Source of the DNA: a virus | Lineage: Duplodnaviria; Heunggongvirae; Uroviricota; Caudoviricetes | Strand: one strand, 5' to 3' | DNA: 42,424 nt | IMG/VR virus record: IMGVR_UViG_2563366953_000006 | Coordinates: 1 to 42,424 of that record | Shown: positions 11,056 to 20,630 of the stretch, piece after piece | Layout of the letters: every line of letters starts with the position of its first letter | Position numbering within the stretch: position 1 is the stretch's first letter | Program-made: the position numbers and the translations under genes | The notes under the pieces: generated by a model | Seen by the model: the letters and a program-made list of their open reading frames with translations, nothing else | Databases searched by the model: none | Told to the model about the DNA's origin: nothing

Positions 11056-12380
11056 TGCACTGGCACCTTCAGAGGGATCACCGGCACAAAGCCGGGATGC
11101 GTAATGGCATTACGCCGGATAATGTCCGCGTCACGCGCCGCGTTATCAAACCAGGTCGCCGCCAGCACCAGCGCGGGTAAAACCTCATCCGGCGTGCGCT
11201 GAATGATCCGTGCAGACTGTTCAAGGCGCGTGTTGATATCCGCATTCAGATCTGCTTTCACCCGGCGCAGCGCCAGAAACAGCGCATCACTGGTTGTACG
11301 GGACAACTCCTTATCAATTGCCGTATTCAGTGTGTCGCGAATGTCGGTCAGTTCTTCCCACGTTGGCAGGTCAACCGTGTTTTTCACCGCCGGTGCATTG
11401 TTCAGTGCCGGATGCGTGACAGAAGGCCAGCCGGTGCTCTGCGCGGGTGTTGTTGACTGCCCTACTGTGGCATTCTGCATCACCGCGGAAGTTGTGGGCG
11501 CAGGCAATCGTGTGACGGCATACGCCGCTTCGCTGATTGCGGTCGTACGAAGGGTGCTGGCAACCACGTTACGCTGCTGCGTCGCCGTGGCGGTAGTTTT
11601 ACTGTCCGTTTTCCAGACGCCGCGCGGTTGCAGATCGCTGCCGAGGCTGACACCGGAAAGCGTTTTGATCATGGTGACCAGGTCGCTGGCGTTACCATAA
11701 AGGCGTTTCCCGGTACGCCACATTTTCTGCACCTGCTCAACGAAATTTTTGCCTGACGATGGTGGCGGCAGAAGTACCGAGATATCCCCCTGCAACAGCC
11801 TGGCGGCATCCGATACGGCAGAATCCACCACTTTCATCGCATCAGAAACATACCCAAGCATTGTGCTGGCATTACCGACGACGTCGTTCTGCACAAAATC
11901 TGCCACGCCATCGATACTGAAACCACTGAAGCTGTCACTGATGCAGTCATCCAGTGCAGAACAGGATGACATCAGCGTCTGCGCCGTCGCCGCACCTGAA
12001 GTGGGGTAAGAGAGTTCTCCCGCTTCGACAAACTTCAGGTCAAAGCGGACAATACGCCCTTCACTCTTCGATGTGCTGACCCGAACTTCCCCGTCAACAC
12101 AGACTTTCAGCTCACCGTAAGTCGGATGGACAAGCGTGCCGGGACCGGGTTTATTCAGCGCGTCAATCAGGCGATCGCGCTGGTCAAAGCAGTCATCTCC
12201 CACCACATAAGCTGTGATGGACGGGCGGAAAGTGATTTTCCCCAGGTCTTCGGTATAGGGTTTGTCGCGGTTCGGGTATTCGTGCGTTTCCACACGACGA
12301 CCGATTCCCGCACTTTCTTCTTCAACCTTAAACGGCACACCGCGAAATGACGCGTCCTGAAGTCTGTCTTTCCACGTCAT
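11052..12380 (-). CDS. DNA circularisation protein N-like (Mu gp43-like), tail-associated
   Basis: N-terminus MTWKDRLQDASFRGVPF is typical of the Mu N family; start placed at 12380 (GGAG 7 nt upstream) rather than the track start 12422, which falls inside a hairpin. Confidence 0.65.
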   Translation of the reverse strand: MTWKDRLQDASFRGVPFKVEEESAGIGRRVETHEYPNRDKPYTEDLGKITFRPSITAYVVGDDCFDQRDRLIDALNKPGPGTLVHPTYGELKVCVDGEVRVSTSKSEGRIVRFDLKFVEAGELSYPTSGAATAQTLMSSCSALDDCISDSFSGFSIDGVADFVQNDVVGNASTMLGYVSDAMKVVDSAVSDAARLLQGDISVLLPPPSSGKNFVEQVQKMWRTGKRLYGNASDLVTMIKTLSGVSLGSDLQPRGVWKTDSKTTATATQQRNVVASTLRTTAISEAAYAVTRLPAPTTSAVMQNATVGQSTTPAQSTGWPSVTHPALNNAPAVKNTVDLPTWEELTDIRDTLNTAIDKELSRTTSDALFLALRRVKADLNADINTRLEQSARIIQRTPDEVLPALVLAATWFDNAARDADIIRRNAITHPGFVPVIPLKVPVQ

Positions 12381-12394
12381 ATAAACTCCGTACA

Positions 12395-12417
12395 TAAAAA
12401 ATCCCACCGGAGTGGGA
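12395..12417 (-). terminator. Intra-operon hairpin/attenuator between the tape-measure and N genes
   Basis: Minus-strand CCCACTCCGGTGGG followed by ATTTTTT. Confidence 0.4.
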
Positions 12418-12440
12418 CTCATTAACAGATTAATTTTTCA

Positions 12441-14276
12441 TTACCTGCCAAAGCGCGTATAGCCAACATCATGGCTGACATCAAAACCGCTGGATCGCGT
12501 TTCCATAACCCGCATACCCGGAGGCGAATTCACAAAAGAGACCTTGATCTCACCATCAACTTTTGGCGCAGAAGCTTTGTTAATCATGAAGGGATTCGGG
12601 CCTGTGGCACCGGAGGCGTTGTTTGACTGAGCCGGATCTACCGCCTGATAAGGTGTGTATCCCCGTGCCGGTATTCCCGTCCCATAAGCATCATAAGCAC
12701 CCGCGCCCCACTGCGCAGAGTTAATGGCATCGACCGTGTCACCGGAACTGTCGGTAAACCACTCAATAATTGGCTTCAGTTTGTCCCACATATCCTGAAA
12801 CCACTTAACAACCGGTCCCCAGTTATTGATTACCATCCCCAGCGGCGACCAGGCAAAAACCTTCTTCAGAAGTTCCCGGCCAGCCTCAAAATAAGGACCA
12901 ATGGTTTCCCAGAGCTTCTTGAAATAAGGTCCGACAACATCCCAGTTAGTGATAATTAATCCCGCAGCCAGGGCTATCGCCGTCGCAATCATTCCAATCG
13001 GCGTCATCGACATGATCCTGCTGACAATACTGATGGCACCGCCAACGCCCATCAATCCCAGTTTCAGAATCGCAAGACCGGCAGCAAGCCCGACGACGCC
13101 GCGAATAACCCGGGGATTTTCATCCGCAAACTTCGTGAATTTTTCCCCTAACTCCCCCAGCCATTGCGTGATATTTTTGGCGTCACCAGAAAATGCGCCG
13201 CCAATAGCCGCAAGGCCGTTAGTTGCGGTCCCCGTCATTGCCTCCCACAGGTTGGACAGCGTACCAAGCTGGGCCTGAACACGTTTATTCAGGCTGGCCT
13301 GTTTATTCATCTTCTGCTGGATCTGATCGTAGCCATCCTTTCCTTTATCGATTAGTGCATTGACCACCTGAAGGGTTTCGGCATCATCACCAAATATTGC
13401 CTTAAGTACACCTGTTCGCTTAACGTCGGTCAGTTTTCGCAGCTTTGCCAGTTGCCTGAACATGTTATCAAGACCGCCAAAACTTCCTTTGCCGTCAGTA
13501 AAATCGAGCTGTACCCCGAGTTTCTGGCGGGCCATGATTTTATTGACGTCCCTGATTTTCTTAACGCTTAATCCGGACTGGATAACTTTTCGCAGGGCGT
13601 TACCTGCCGACTCCCCGTTCATCCCCATCTGATCCATCATGACGCTGATGGGGGCAAGGCTCTGTGCAGCCTGAAGACCGTCCTTGTTCACCATCTTCAG
13701 AACAGAGCTGGTTTTAGTGAAGAAGGACAACATGTTGGTATCGTCAACACCCAGATAAAACGCCTTCTGGATAGTGTCGAACAGCCCCATCATGTCTTCT
13801 GACGCCGTTCCGGTAGCATCCTGCATCTTTGCAGCAAACTCAGCAGCCGCTTCCGGTGTTTTTTTCAGTTGTACCGCAAGATAAGCTGTCGCTTTACCCA
13901 CACCGCCAAGAATGTTTTCTGCCGGGATCCCCTGACGCACCAGCATCTGCATCATGTTCTGGAAATCAGCCGTTGTACCGGGTAGCTGGTTACCCAGGCC
14001 AATAGCCAGTTTATTGATGTCCTGAAAGCTCTTTCCAACCTCGCCGTTCGCATCCATCATGGCGACTTTCAGCCCGGTAGCGGCGTTTTCCTGATCAGCA
14101 TAAGATTTCAGGGAAAGCGTCAGACCCGCTGCCAGTCCGCCACCAAGCGCCAGCCCACCCTGTGACGCTTCTTCCGCCTGGCGTTTAAATCCCCGGATTT
14201 TCTTTTGCATTTTCGACAGCGCGGGAGAAAGCCTGTCGACACCGGTGATCAACGCCTTAAGCTCAAATTCAGCCAT
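12441..14276 (-). CDS. Tail tape-measure protein
   Basis: 611 aa, Ala/Gly-rich with a predicted hydrophobic C-terminal part; lies between the chaperone and baseplate genes. Confidence 0.8.
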   Translation of the reverse strand: MAEFELKALITGVDRLSPALSKMQKKIRGFKRQAEEASQGGLALGGGLAAGLTLSLKSYADQENAATGLKVAMMDANGEVGKSFQDINKLAIGLGNQLPGTTADFQNMMQMLVRQGIPAENILGGVGKATAYLAVQLKKTPEAAAEFAAKMQDATGTASEDMMGLFDTIQKAFYLGVDDTNMLSFFTKTSSVLKMVNKDGLQAAQSLAPISVMMDQMGMNGESAGNALRKVIQSGLSVKKIRDVNKIMARQKLGVQLDFTDGKGSFGGLDNMFRQLAKLRKLTDVKRTGVLKAIFGDDAETLQVVNALIDKGKDGYDQIQQKMNKQASLNKRVQAQLGTLSNLWEAMTGTATNGLAAIGGAFSGDAKNITQWLGELGEKFTKFADENPRVIRGVVGLAAGLAILKLGLMGVGGAISIVSRIMSMTPIGMIATAIALAAGLIITNWDVVGPYFKKLWETIGPYFEAGRELLKKVFAWSPLGMVINNWGPVVKWFQDMWDKLKPIIEWFTDSSGDTVDAINSAQWGAGAYDAYGTGIPARGYTPYQAVDPAQSNNASGATGPNPFMINKASAPKVDGEIKVSFVNSPPGMRVMETRSSGFDVSHDVGYTRFGR

Positions 14277-14436
14277 GTGTGCGTTTCTCCTGCTCTATCC
14301 TGTTTGCCTGACTGACCAGCAAGGGAATTTCACTGATCGGCATATTCAGCAATTCGAAGGGATTAATGCGCCAGTAGCTGGCGCAGTCAAAGAAGCGATC
14401 AGTGAGGTATTCAGCCGTCAGGCCTGGAGGAAAAAA
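14269..14436 (-). CDS. Frameshift extension of the tail assembly chaperone (-1 frame)
   Basis: The -1 frame ORF (14269..14451) overlaps the chaperone 3' end; slippery T_TTT_TTC lies at plus-strand 14430..14436, and the extension continues PPGLTAEYL... Confidence 0.55.
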   Translation of the reverse strand, partial: FFPPGLTAEYLTDRFFDCASYWRINPFELLNMPISEIPLLVSQANRIEQEKRTHG

Positions 14437-14687
14437 CCAGCCACAAGCCACGCCGCTGCATTCAGGTCTGCCGGAGACATCTGGTCGACAGAGCTTTGCG
14501 GCACTTTCGCCAGCCGCACAATGTATTTCGACACCACATGCGCCAGAAGTCTGACGGACTCATCCTGATTCATCTGGTAGGGATACCCCAGCTCGCGGAC
14601 ATCCTTCCCGGTGGGTTCATCAAACTCCAGTACGGAGAGTGTCTCACCATGAGCGATAATCGGTTTCTTTAACTCAAGCTCTTTCAT
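14418..14687 (-). CDS. Tail assembly chaperone (Mu gp41-like), short form
   Basis: 89-aa ORF between the tube and tape-measure genes; overlaps a -1-frame ORF with a slippery heptamer in the overlap. Confidence 0.7.
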   Translation of the reverse strand: MKELELKKPIIAHGETLSVLEFDEPTGKDVRELGYPYQMNQDESVRLLAHVVSKYIVRLAKVPQSSVDQMSPADLNAAAWLVAGFFLQA

Positions 14688-15043
14688 TACTGGTAATCCC
14701 CTTCTTCACCGTGGAACTCAAGATCAACCGTGCCTTCTTCGGCATTATGGTTCGCTTCTCCGTGCAGCCAGGCGGACGACAATACATAGACCTGACCGTT
14801 CGCCAGCTCGGCAGTGATAGTCATCTCATCAGACGAGGTGATTTTGTTCACCGGAAAATTCTTCGGCACCTTGAAAGTCCCTTTGACATAAGGCGCACGG
14901 TGAGTTTCCTTGCGGTCCACTGAACCGTCCAGGCCGATGATGTCATCATTGACCGTCCTGTTCATGGGCACCTCAATGCCGCCGGTCAGCGATAGCTGTT
15001 GACCGTCAATTTTGAAATAACAGGTTCCCCCGATACGGGCCAT
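14687..15043 (-). CDS. Tail tube protein (Mu M / gp40-like)
   Basis: 118 aa, directly downstream of the sheath gene. Confidence 0.7.
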   Translation of the reverse strand: MARIGGTCYFKIDGQQLSLTGGIEVPMNRTVNDDIIGLDGSVDRKETHRAPYVKGTFKVPKNFPVNKITSSDEMTITAELANGQVYVLSSAWLHGEANHNAEEGTVDLEFHGEEGDYQ

Positions 15044-16539
15044 TATGCAGACTCCTCTGAATACTGAAGACGGAACTGGTTAACCACGGCAAAGACACGC
15101 AACTGGTTAACATAGTCAGGCGGGAACAGCGTGTTCAGGCGGTTCGGATCGCTGGCATCACGCTCCACAACCAGGTACTGCTTAAACAGTTCGTAGTTTT
15201 CCACGATCCCCGCACGCTCAAGCTGACGGTAGGTTGCCAGCAGTTCCCCTTTGATCACCGCCGGTGTGACAATCGCCTGACCGGGACCAAAGCGGGTACC
15301 GTCGCTGGCAAGCTTGTGACGCCCGTACTTACTGGTAATGACGGATTTCAGTTTGCGCAGTACATACGCGCTGGTATGCAGCGTCTCGCTGTCGAGGTAG
15401 CTGTTATCCGCAACACCGTAAGCGTTTTTCCTGTACGTGGTGACATCACGCTGAATGCGCAGCACCCCGCTTTCGACATACGCCGTTGCCACGCCATGAG
15501 ACAGCAGGGTCTGTTGTTCGGTCATCGTGAACCGTTTCCCCTTCGGCGCAGGCAGCATACCCACCAGTTCACCGGTCTGCGTGGGACGTGCCGGATCGTT
15601 GCGAATAAACACCGCTGCGCGGGCGGTACGGCTTGCCGCCAGCTCGTCGGCAGGCGTCTGGGTCTCTTTTTCGTATCCCGCCAGGGTAATGTGCTGCTGG
15701 TTAAACTGGTCACCTGCGGTCACCAGTTCTGACAGCGTGCCGATCTTTGCCGTATACACATGACCATACAGCTGACGCGCATAGCTCCAGCGACCGCTGG
15801 TATCGTTCATCTCGGTCACCAGCGTGTTAACGGAGGCCGTGTCGTTGAACGGCAGGCCAATATAATCAAACGGCTCATCCGCCATTGCAGCCACCGCACC
15901 GGTGAGAACCGGAGCGCCCGTTCCGGCGCTCCCCGTCGCCACGGCAATCTGTACGCCCGCTGGCAGCACTTCGCCCCCACCAAAGCCGTAGTAATTGAGG
16001 CTGACAGGAATTTCATTCCCGCAAAGCCCCTTATGACGCGCGGTCAGTGTGACCACGCCAGCCGAAGATGAGGCAGTAAACGGCAGGGTCGGAACGGCAT
16101 TGATGGCATCCTGGATACTGCTGGCAATCGTCGCGACGTTATCGCCGTTGGTCACCGGTGCCTGCACGCGGGTACGTCCCACATAAACATTCACCGTGCC
16201 GGTTTCGGTTGCCGCGCCGGTCACCGTCAGCGTAACCGTTGCCGCCGCGCCTGTGGATTCAGGAACGGCAATCACATACAGCTCGCCAAACGGGTCAGTC
16301 TGGCGATAAGCCTCGACCATACGCGCCAGCTGACTTCCCGCACCACAAATCTGGCGTGCATAGTCTGCCGACGGCATCAGTACCAGACTGTTGGCAACAA
16401 TCTCTGCACCGTTATTCGCATGACCAATCAGCAGCGATGCTCCGCTGTCCTGTGCAGTATTCGCCGCCGAGTTATCCATTTCCGCATAAAACAACGGAAC
16501 CAGCGTATTCGACGGAATGGTGTTAAAGCTTATCGTCAT
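15043..16539 (-). CDS. Contractile tail sheath protein (Mu L / gp39-like)
   Basis: 498 aa, followed by tube and chaperone genes in the standard order. Confidence 0.8.
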   Translation of the reverse strand: MTISFNTIPSNTLVPLFYAEMDNSAANTAQDSGASLLIGHANNGAEIVANSLVLMPSADYARQICGAGSQLARMVEAYRQTDPFGELYVIAVPESTGAAATVTLTVTGAATETGTVNVYVGRTRVQAPVTNGDNVATIASSIQDAINAVPTLPFTASSSAGVVTLTARHKGLCGNEIPVSLNYYGFGGGEVLPAGVQIAVATGSAGTGAPVLTGAVAAMADEPFDYIGLPFNDTASVNTLVTEMNDTSGRWSYARQLYGHVYTAKIGTLSELVTAGDQFNQQHITLAGYEKETQTPADELAASRTARAAVFIRNDPARPTQTGELVGMLPAPKGKRFTMTEQQTLLSHGVATAYVESGVLRIQRDVTTYRKNAYGVADNSYLDSETLHTSAYVLRKLKSVITSKYGRHKLASDGTRFGPGQAIVTPAVIKGELLATYRQLERAGIVENYELFKQYLVVERDASDPNRLNTLFPPDYVNQLRVFAVVNQFRLQYSEESA

Positions 16540-16693
16540 CGGTATTCACCTTTTTATTCACGCGCCGGATATCACCCGCTGCTTCACGGCGCAGCCAGTA
16601 GTTGTTCTCGTCAACATTTCGCCCTTCGGCGGGCAAAAGGTCGCCGCGGGCAGGGTCAGGAACTGACCGCCCTTTAACAGGTTTCACAAACAT
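16523..16693 (-). CDS. Small hypothetical protein (~56 aa) between the gp37-like and sheath genes
   Basis: Hand-derived ORF MFVKPVKGRSVPDPARGDLLPAEGRNVDENNYWLRREAAGDIRRVNKKVNTDDDKL filling an otherwise empty gap; below the ORF-track size cutoff. Confidence 0.3.
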   Translation of the reverse strand: MFVKPVKGRSVPDPARGDLLPAEGRNVDENNYWLRREAAGDIRRVNKKVNTDDDKL

Positions 16694-16701
16694 GAAGATT
16701 C

Positions 16702-17262
16702 TCAGGAAGGAAGGGTTATTTCGGTGTGATGTTCGATATCGCCGTCAGGCCCGTTACCGGGATCGAGATAATCAACATCAATCGCCAGCGTTCGCAGTTC
16801 ATCCAGACTGTTCAGGTCATCCTGCTGGCGGGTATCGTCTTCGGTCAGCTCGCTGATGATCGAAAAATCGAACTGATAAATCAGCTCATGACGATTCAGA
16901 TCCAGCAGCGTGCCGCCGTCATAGTTAATCGGGTTACCGCACGCTTCCGGGTTCCAGCCCAGCAGGGCCTTAAAGAGCATCTGCCGGACATCGTCCACCA
17001 CATCATACGAAGCAAACTGACCGCGCTCATCACGCCCGTTACTCAGTATGACAACCACGGAGAAGCCCTCTTTCAGCTCCTGCCAGTAGTCGGTCTGGCT
17101 TTTGTTTTCTCCCGGAGAATCATCCCCCGGTACCACATACGCCGCCGGGAGTCTCAGCTTTCCGACCTCCGGCAGATTTTTGAACTGTGCCGCGCCTGCC
17201 ACCCGGTTCTCAAAATACGGGCAGCGGGCACGCAGCGCAGCAATAACAGGCGTCAGTTTCAT
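16702..17262 (-). CDS. Tail completion/terminator-like protein (Mu gp37-like, DUF1834)
   Basis: 186 aa, positioned between the head-completion genes and the sheath. Confidence 0.5.
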   Translation of the reverse strand: MKLTPVIAALRARCPYFENRVAGAAQFKNLPEVGKLRLPAAYVVPGDDSPGENKSQTDYWQELKEGFSVVVILSNGRDERGQFASYDVVDDVRQMLFKALLGWNPEACGNPINYDGGTLLDLNRHELIYQFDFSIISELTEDDTRQQDDLNSLDELRTLAIDVDYLDPGNGPDGDIEHHTEITLPS

Positions 17263-17765
17263 CTGTGTCGTCGCTCCGGCTTCAGTGATTTACGCAATTC
17301 CCGCGCCAGAAAATAGCGTGTCCAGCTGCGGTTCTTTTCAAGCGTTTCCACCATGAAGTTATTACGTGGAGCCAGTCGCCAGCCGCTGCCACCGGATGCA
17401 CCACGATGATGGCTGCGACGACGCTTTGCCCCTCGCCTCACGCCATAGAACAAAAAAGCCGGATAAAAATCACCGGTGATACGGCGGTTTCCCTCTCCAT
17501 TACGCTGGTTAGGGGCTATACGTGCCATAAAACCAGGGCGATGTTTACTGGCTCTGGGTACCATGTAACCAATCGAACGAGCCAGGCGTCCGGTCTGATA
17601 ACCGGGGTTTTCACCCGGTGCCGACCGCGCACGGCGCATCACCAGCCGACGGGCATCACGCATATGACGCTGACCAATCGTGACAAACGCCCGCCGGACA
17701 CGGGCGCGGTTAAAGCGCATCTCCGCGGGCTGCTGAACATCAACGTGCAAAAAGGAAGTCGTCAT
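17259..17765 (-). CDS. Virion morphogenesis / tail completion protein (Mu G-like)
   Basis: 168-aa basic protein overlapping its neighbours in the head-tail joining region. Confidence 0.45.
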   Translation of the reverse strand: MTTSFLHVDVQQPAEMRFNRARVRRAFVTIGQRHMRDARRLVMRRARSAPGENPGYQTGRLARSIGYMVPRASKHRPGFMARIAPNQRNGEGNRRITGDFYPAFLFYGVRRGAKRRRSHHRGASGGSGWRLAPRNNFMVETLEKNRSWTRYFLARELRKSLKPERRHR

Positions 17766-18150
17766 TGTTGCCTCCGTGACTCTGCCTACATTCGCCCAGC
17801 TCCGTACACTCCAGCAGCAGAAAGCGCCGCGCCCCGTTCAGATCGCGCTGACGTTTCACCCGGTACACACTGTCACCGCAGACCACCTCATAATCAGCGG
17901 TGATCCCCCGGCGGTAACGAATGGTGATGTAATGGGTGATGGCGTCCCCGGTCTGCGCGGTTTCCTGCCAGGTGGTGGCACTGGTCTGGACAACCTTCGC
18001 CCATGTCCGGAACGCAACCGGGTATTGAGGCTCCACGCCAAAGTTATCCGCGGGCATATCCACCCGCTGGCGGATCAGGACGCGTTTATTCAGTTCACCG
18101 GGGTCCGGCAGAATGTAGGTTGCGCTGGTCTGCGCCTGACGAATTTTCAT
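17740..18150 (-). CDS. Head-tail adaptor / head closure protein
   Basis: 136 aa, position downstream of the connector gene. Confidence 0.5.
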   Translation of the reverse strand: MKIRQAQTSATYILPDPGELNKRVLIRQRVDMPADNFGVEPQYPVAFRTWAKVVQTSATTWQETAQTGDAITHYITIRYRRGITADYEVVCGDSVYRVKRQRDLNGARRFLLLECTELGECRQSHGGNNDDFLFAR

Positions 18151-18470
18151 TGCGGGAAATACCTGTACGGGCCGACAAGCCAGTTAAAGCTCATTGGCAA
18201 CTCCATTTTCTCAACGTCTGTAACCGACGAGCGATTTTCGTAAAAATGGCTGATAAGCATCAGCATCCCCAGACGAATATCATCCGGCAGGTGCAGCCCG
18301 TCCGGATCGCTGTCCGGAATGGTTTCATCCGGAGCATAGAGCTTCCGGTTCAGATACGTTTCCGTCCGCTTTTGCGCCGCACAGGCCAGCAGTTGCAGAT
18401 GGCGGTCATCAGCATCGAAATCCTCATCCAGCCGGAGTTGGGCTTTAATCTCTTCCATTGTCAGAAGCAT
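18147..18470 (-). CDS. Head-tail connector (gp6-like DNA-packaging/connector protein)
   Basis: 107 aa; N-terminus MEEIKAQLRLDEDFDADD is typical of the gp6-like connector family. Confidence 0.55.
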   Translation of the reverse strand: MLLTMEEIKAQLRLDEDFDADDRHLQLLACAAQKRTETYLNRKLYAPDETIPDSDPDGLHLPDDIRLGMLMLISHFYENRSSVTDVEKMELPMSFNWLVGPYRYFPQ

Positions 18471-18472
18471 AC

Positions 18473-18673
18473 TCAGCCCTCTTTACTGGTCGTGGCTTTT
18501 TTCTCTTTTGCCGCTTTACTGCTTTTTGCACTGGTTCCGCGCTCTGCTAACCCGGCCTGAAGTGCAATCTCCTGCACCCGGGCAGGAAGCGCCCCGTCGT
18601 CATACTCACCGGCCCGAATGACCTCAACACGCATACCGTCCGGTGACCATTTCAGATCTTGTTTCAGGATCAT
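18473..18673 (-). CDS. Small hypothetical head-associated protein
   Basis: 66-aa ORF immediately after the capsid gene with a Lys/Ser-rich tail; function not assignable. Confidence 0.4.
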   Translation of the reverse strand: MILKQDLKWSPDGMRVEVIRAGEYDDGALPARVQEIALQAGLAERGTSAKSSKAAKEKKATTSKEG

Positions 18674-18723
18674 GATTCTTCACCCGTCAGAACAGGGGGG
18701 CGCGGTTCCACGCCCCTGAGTGA

Positions 18724-19929
18724 TTACGCCGCTGCAATCTTCAGCAGTTTGATGGCCTGCGAATCGACCAGCATCCCGCCGGTGCGCTTGGTGGTATAAA
18801 AACCGACAAACGGTTTATTGGTGTACGGGTCACGCAGAATGCGGGTGCCGATACGGTCAACGATGGTGTAACCCCGTTTGAAGTTACCAAATGCAATGGC
18901 TTTCGCATCAGCGGCGATATCCGGCATCTGTTCGTTTTCAGCGATACCGTAACCCGCCAGAGAGGACGGCTGCCCCAGTTCCAGCCCCGGACGCCACAGA
19001 TAGTTACCCTCGGTGTCTTTCAGCAGACGGATGGCAAACAGGCTGTTGTTGTTCATCATGAACTTCGCGCCAGTGCGGTGTGCCTTACGCAGCGTGTAAA
19101 TCAGTTTGATAATGGCGTCTGCAGTCACCGAGGTCGCTTCGCCGGATACAATATGCTGAAGTTTGCCGAACGCCCGGACCTTGTCGGTTTCATCAGTGGA
19201 TTCATACGCCAGGAACCCTTTCGGCTTCTTGGTGCCATCGCCTGAGGTAAAGGCAATTTCTTCCTGTTCGGCAAATTCGGTTGCCAGCTCGCTGTTGATC
19301 CAGGCCTCCACGTTGAAGAAGGCATCGTCCAGCATTTTCTGGGTAGCCTGCGGGTTGCCGTAGATTTCCCCCATGAGAGGTTCAATCAGCTCCAGTCTGG
19401 AGGTGGCAGTCTGGGATCGCGTATCCGTTTCCCCCACCCATCCGGAAGCCGTACCGCCCAGATTCACCAGTTTTTTGTAGTCGGAACCGCCAACGGTGAT
19501 CACCGTGGCTTCCTGACGCATCACCACTTCATCTTTCAGCAGGTTAAGAATGTTGCGATCCAGTTCTTCCGGCACGGCGTAGCCACCGTCTTCATCGGTA
19601 CCCACCTGCAATGCCTTACGCTCCAGATCGCGCAGACCGTCTTCACGGCCTTTACGCAGGAAGCCCACAAACGCCTCTTTATGCTCGGTGGCCAGTTTAT
19701 TTTGCGCTCCACCTGCCGGACGTTTCAGCTCAAGCAGCTCTTTTTCAAGGTCGCTTTTGAGATTTTCCAGCTCGCTGAGTTTCCCGTTCAGGGTTTCCAC
19801 CTGCCCGGCAAGCTTGCCTTTTTCCTGCTCAATCGCATCCACGCGCTTGTCGTTCTTTGCTTTGAAGTCGTCAAACTTCTGCTGCAGCTCCTGCGCGACC
19901 TGTTCGACATCTTTAATATCAACCGCCAT
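18724..19929 (-). CDS. Major capsid protein, HK97 fold, with N-terminal coiled-coil delta domain
   Basis: 401 aa; N-terminal ~100 aa is strongly coiled-coil (LNGKLSELENLKSDLEKELLELK); follows portal and protease in HK97 order. Confidence 0.85.
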   Translation of the reverse strand: MAVDIKDVEQVAQELQQKFDDFKAKNDKRVDAIEQEKGKLAGQVETLNGKLSELENLKSDLEKELLELKRPAGGAQNKLATEHKEAFVGFLRKGREDGLRDLERKALQVGTDEDGGYAVPEELDRNILNLLKDEVVMRQEATVITVGGSDYKKLVNLGGTASGWVGETDTRSQTATSRLELIEPLMGEIYGNPQATQKMLDDAFFNVEAWINSELATEFAEQEEIAFTSGDGTKKPKGFLAYESTDETDKVRAFGKLQHIVSGEATSVTADAIIKLIYTLRKAHRTGAKFMMNNNSLFAIRLLKDTEGNYLWRPGLELGQPSSLAGYGIAENEQMPDIAADAKAIAFGNFKRGYTIVDRIGTRILRDPYTNKPFVGFYTTKRTGGMLVDSQAIKLLKIAAA

Positions 19930-19943
19930 CGTATTTCTCCTGA

Positions 19944-20630
19944 TTAGAAGTTCAGATTTTTCAGTGCATTCAGTGCAGAGCCCACATCCTCAGCGTCGCG
20001 CAGGGACAGTGCGCCATAGCCCCCGGCCATGAATGCTTTGGCCTGGGTACGGGAGAGTCCGACATCACGCAGGACTCTTTCGATTTTTTTCTGTTCGGGG
20101 ATTTCCCCGCGGGCCAGCGCGTTCTTGACGTCGCTGATCCGCGCCTCGTCGTTAGACGGAAACGTCACCAGACTGACTTCCCAGAGGTCGATTTCTTTCA
20201 GCAGAAAGGCTTCTTTCGTCCGGTCGTATTCCCAGTCCTTCAGGACGTACCCAATAGAAAGGCCGGTTAACGAACCGGCCTTCATGTGTGCATGTGCGCG
20301 TTTTGCCAGGGGATCATCATCAATGAGCAACCGCCCCCTGACGTAAAGCCCGACATCGTCTTCCTTCATTTCGGTGTAAACACCGATGGGCTCATCCATG
20401 CGGTGCTGCCAGAGCAGCGCAGGTAACGCTTTTCTGTCACTCCACGCCCGCAGGGACGCAGCAAATGCCCCGGACATCACCACATCATCGTGACTGTCCT
20501 TTACACCAAAGACGGAGCCATATCCTTCAAACTCACCGGAGTCACTGACAGATTTCAGACTCAGCGGTACATCAAGACGTTTTTTCGTCTGCATTGGCGT
20601 TATCCTTCTGCTTACCGGCTTTACTGCCAT
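19944..20630 (-). CDS. Prohead maturation protease (HK97 family)
   Basis: Lies between the portal and capsid genes. True start may be MQTKK at 20594; the track start 20630 overlaps the portal gene. Confidence 0.75.
   Translation of the reverse strand: MAVKPVSRRITPMQTKKRLDVPLSLKSVSDSGEFEGYGSVFGVKDSHDDVVMSGAFAASLRAWSDRKALPALLWQHRMDEPIGVYTEMKEDDVGLYVRGRLLIDDDPLAKRAHAHMKAGSLTGLSIGYVLKDWEYDRTKEAFLLKEIDLWEVSLVTFPSNDEARISDVKNALARGEIPEQKKIERVLRDVGLSRTQAKAFMAGGYGALSLRDAEDVGSALNALKNLNF

Noticed and set aside
15316-16071. Plus-strand ORFs (138, 78 and 103 aa) inside the tail sheath gene
   Set aside because: Arg/Pro-rich antisense frames in a GC-rich structural gene; no RBS or operon context.
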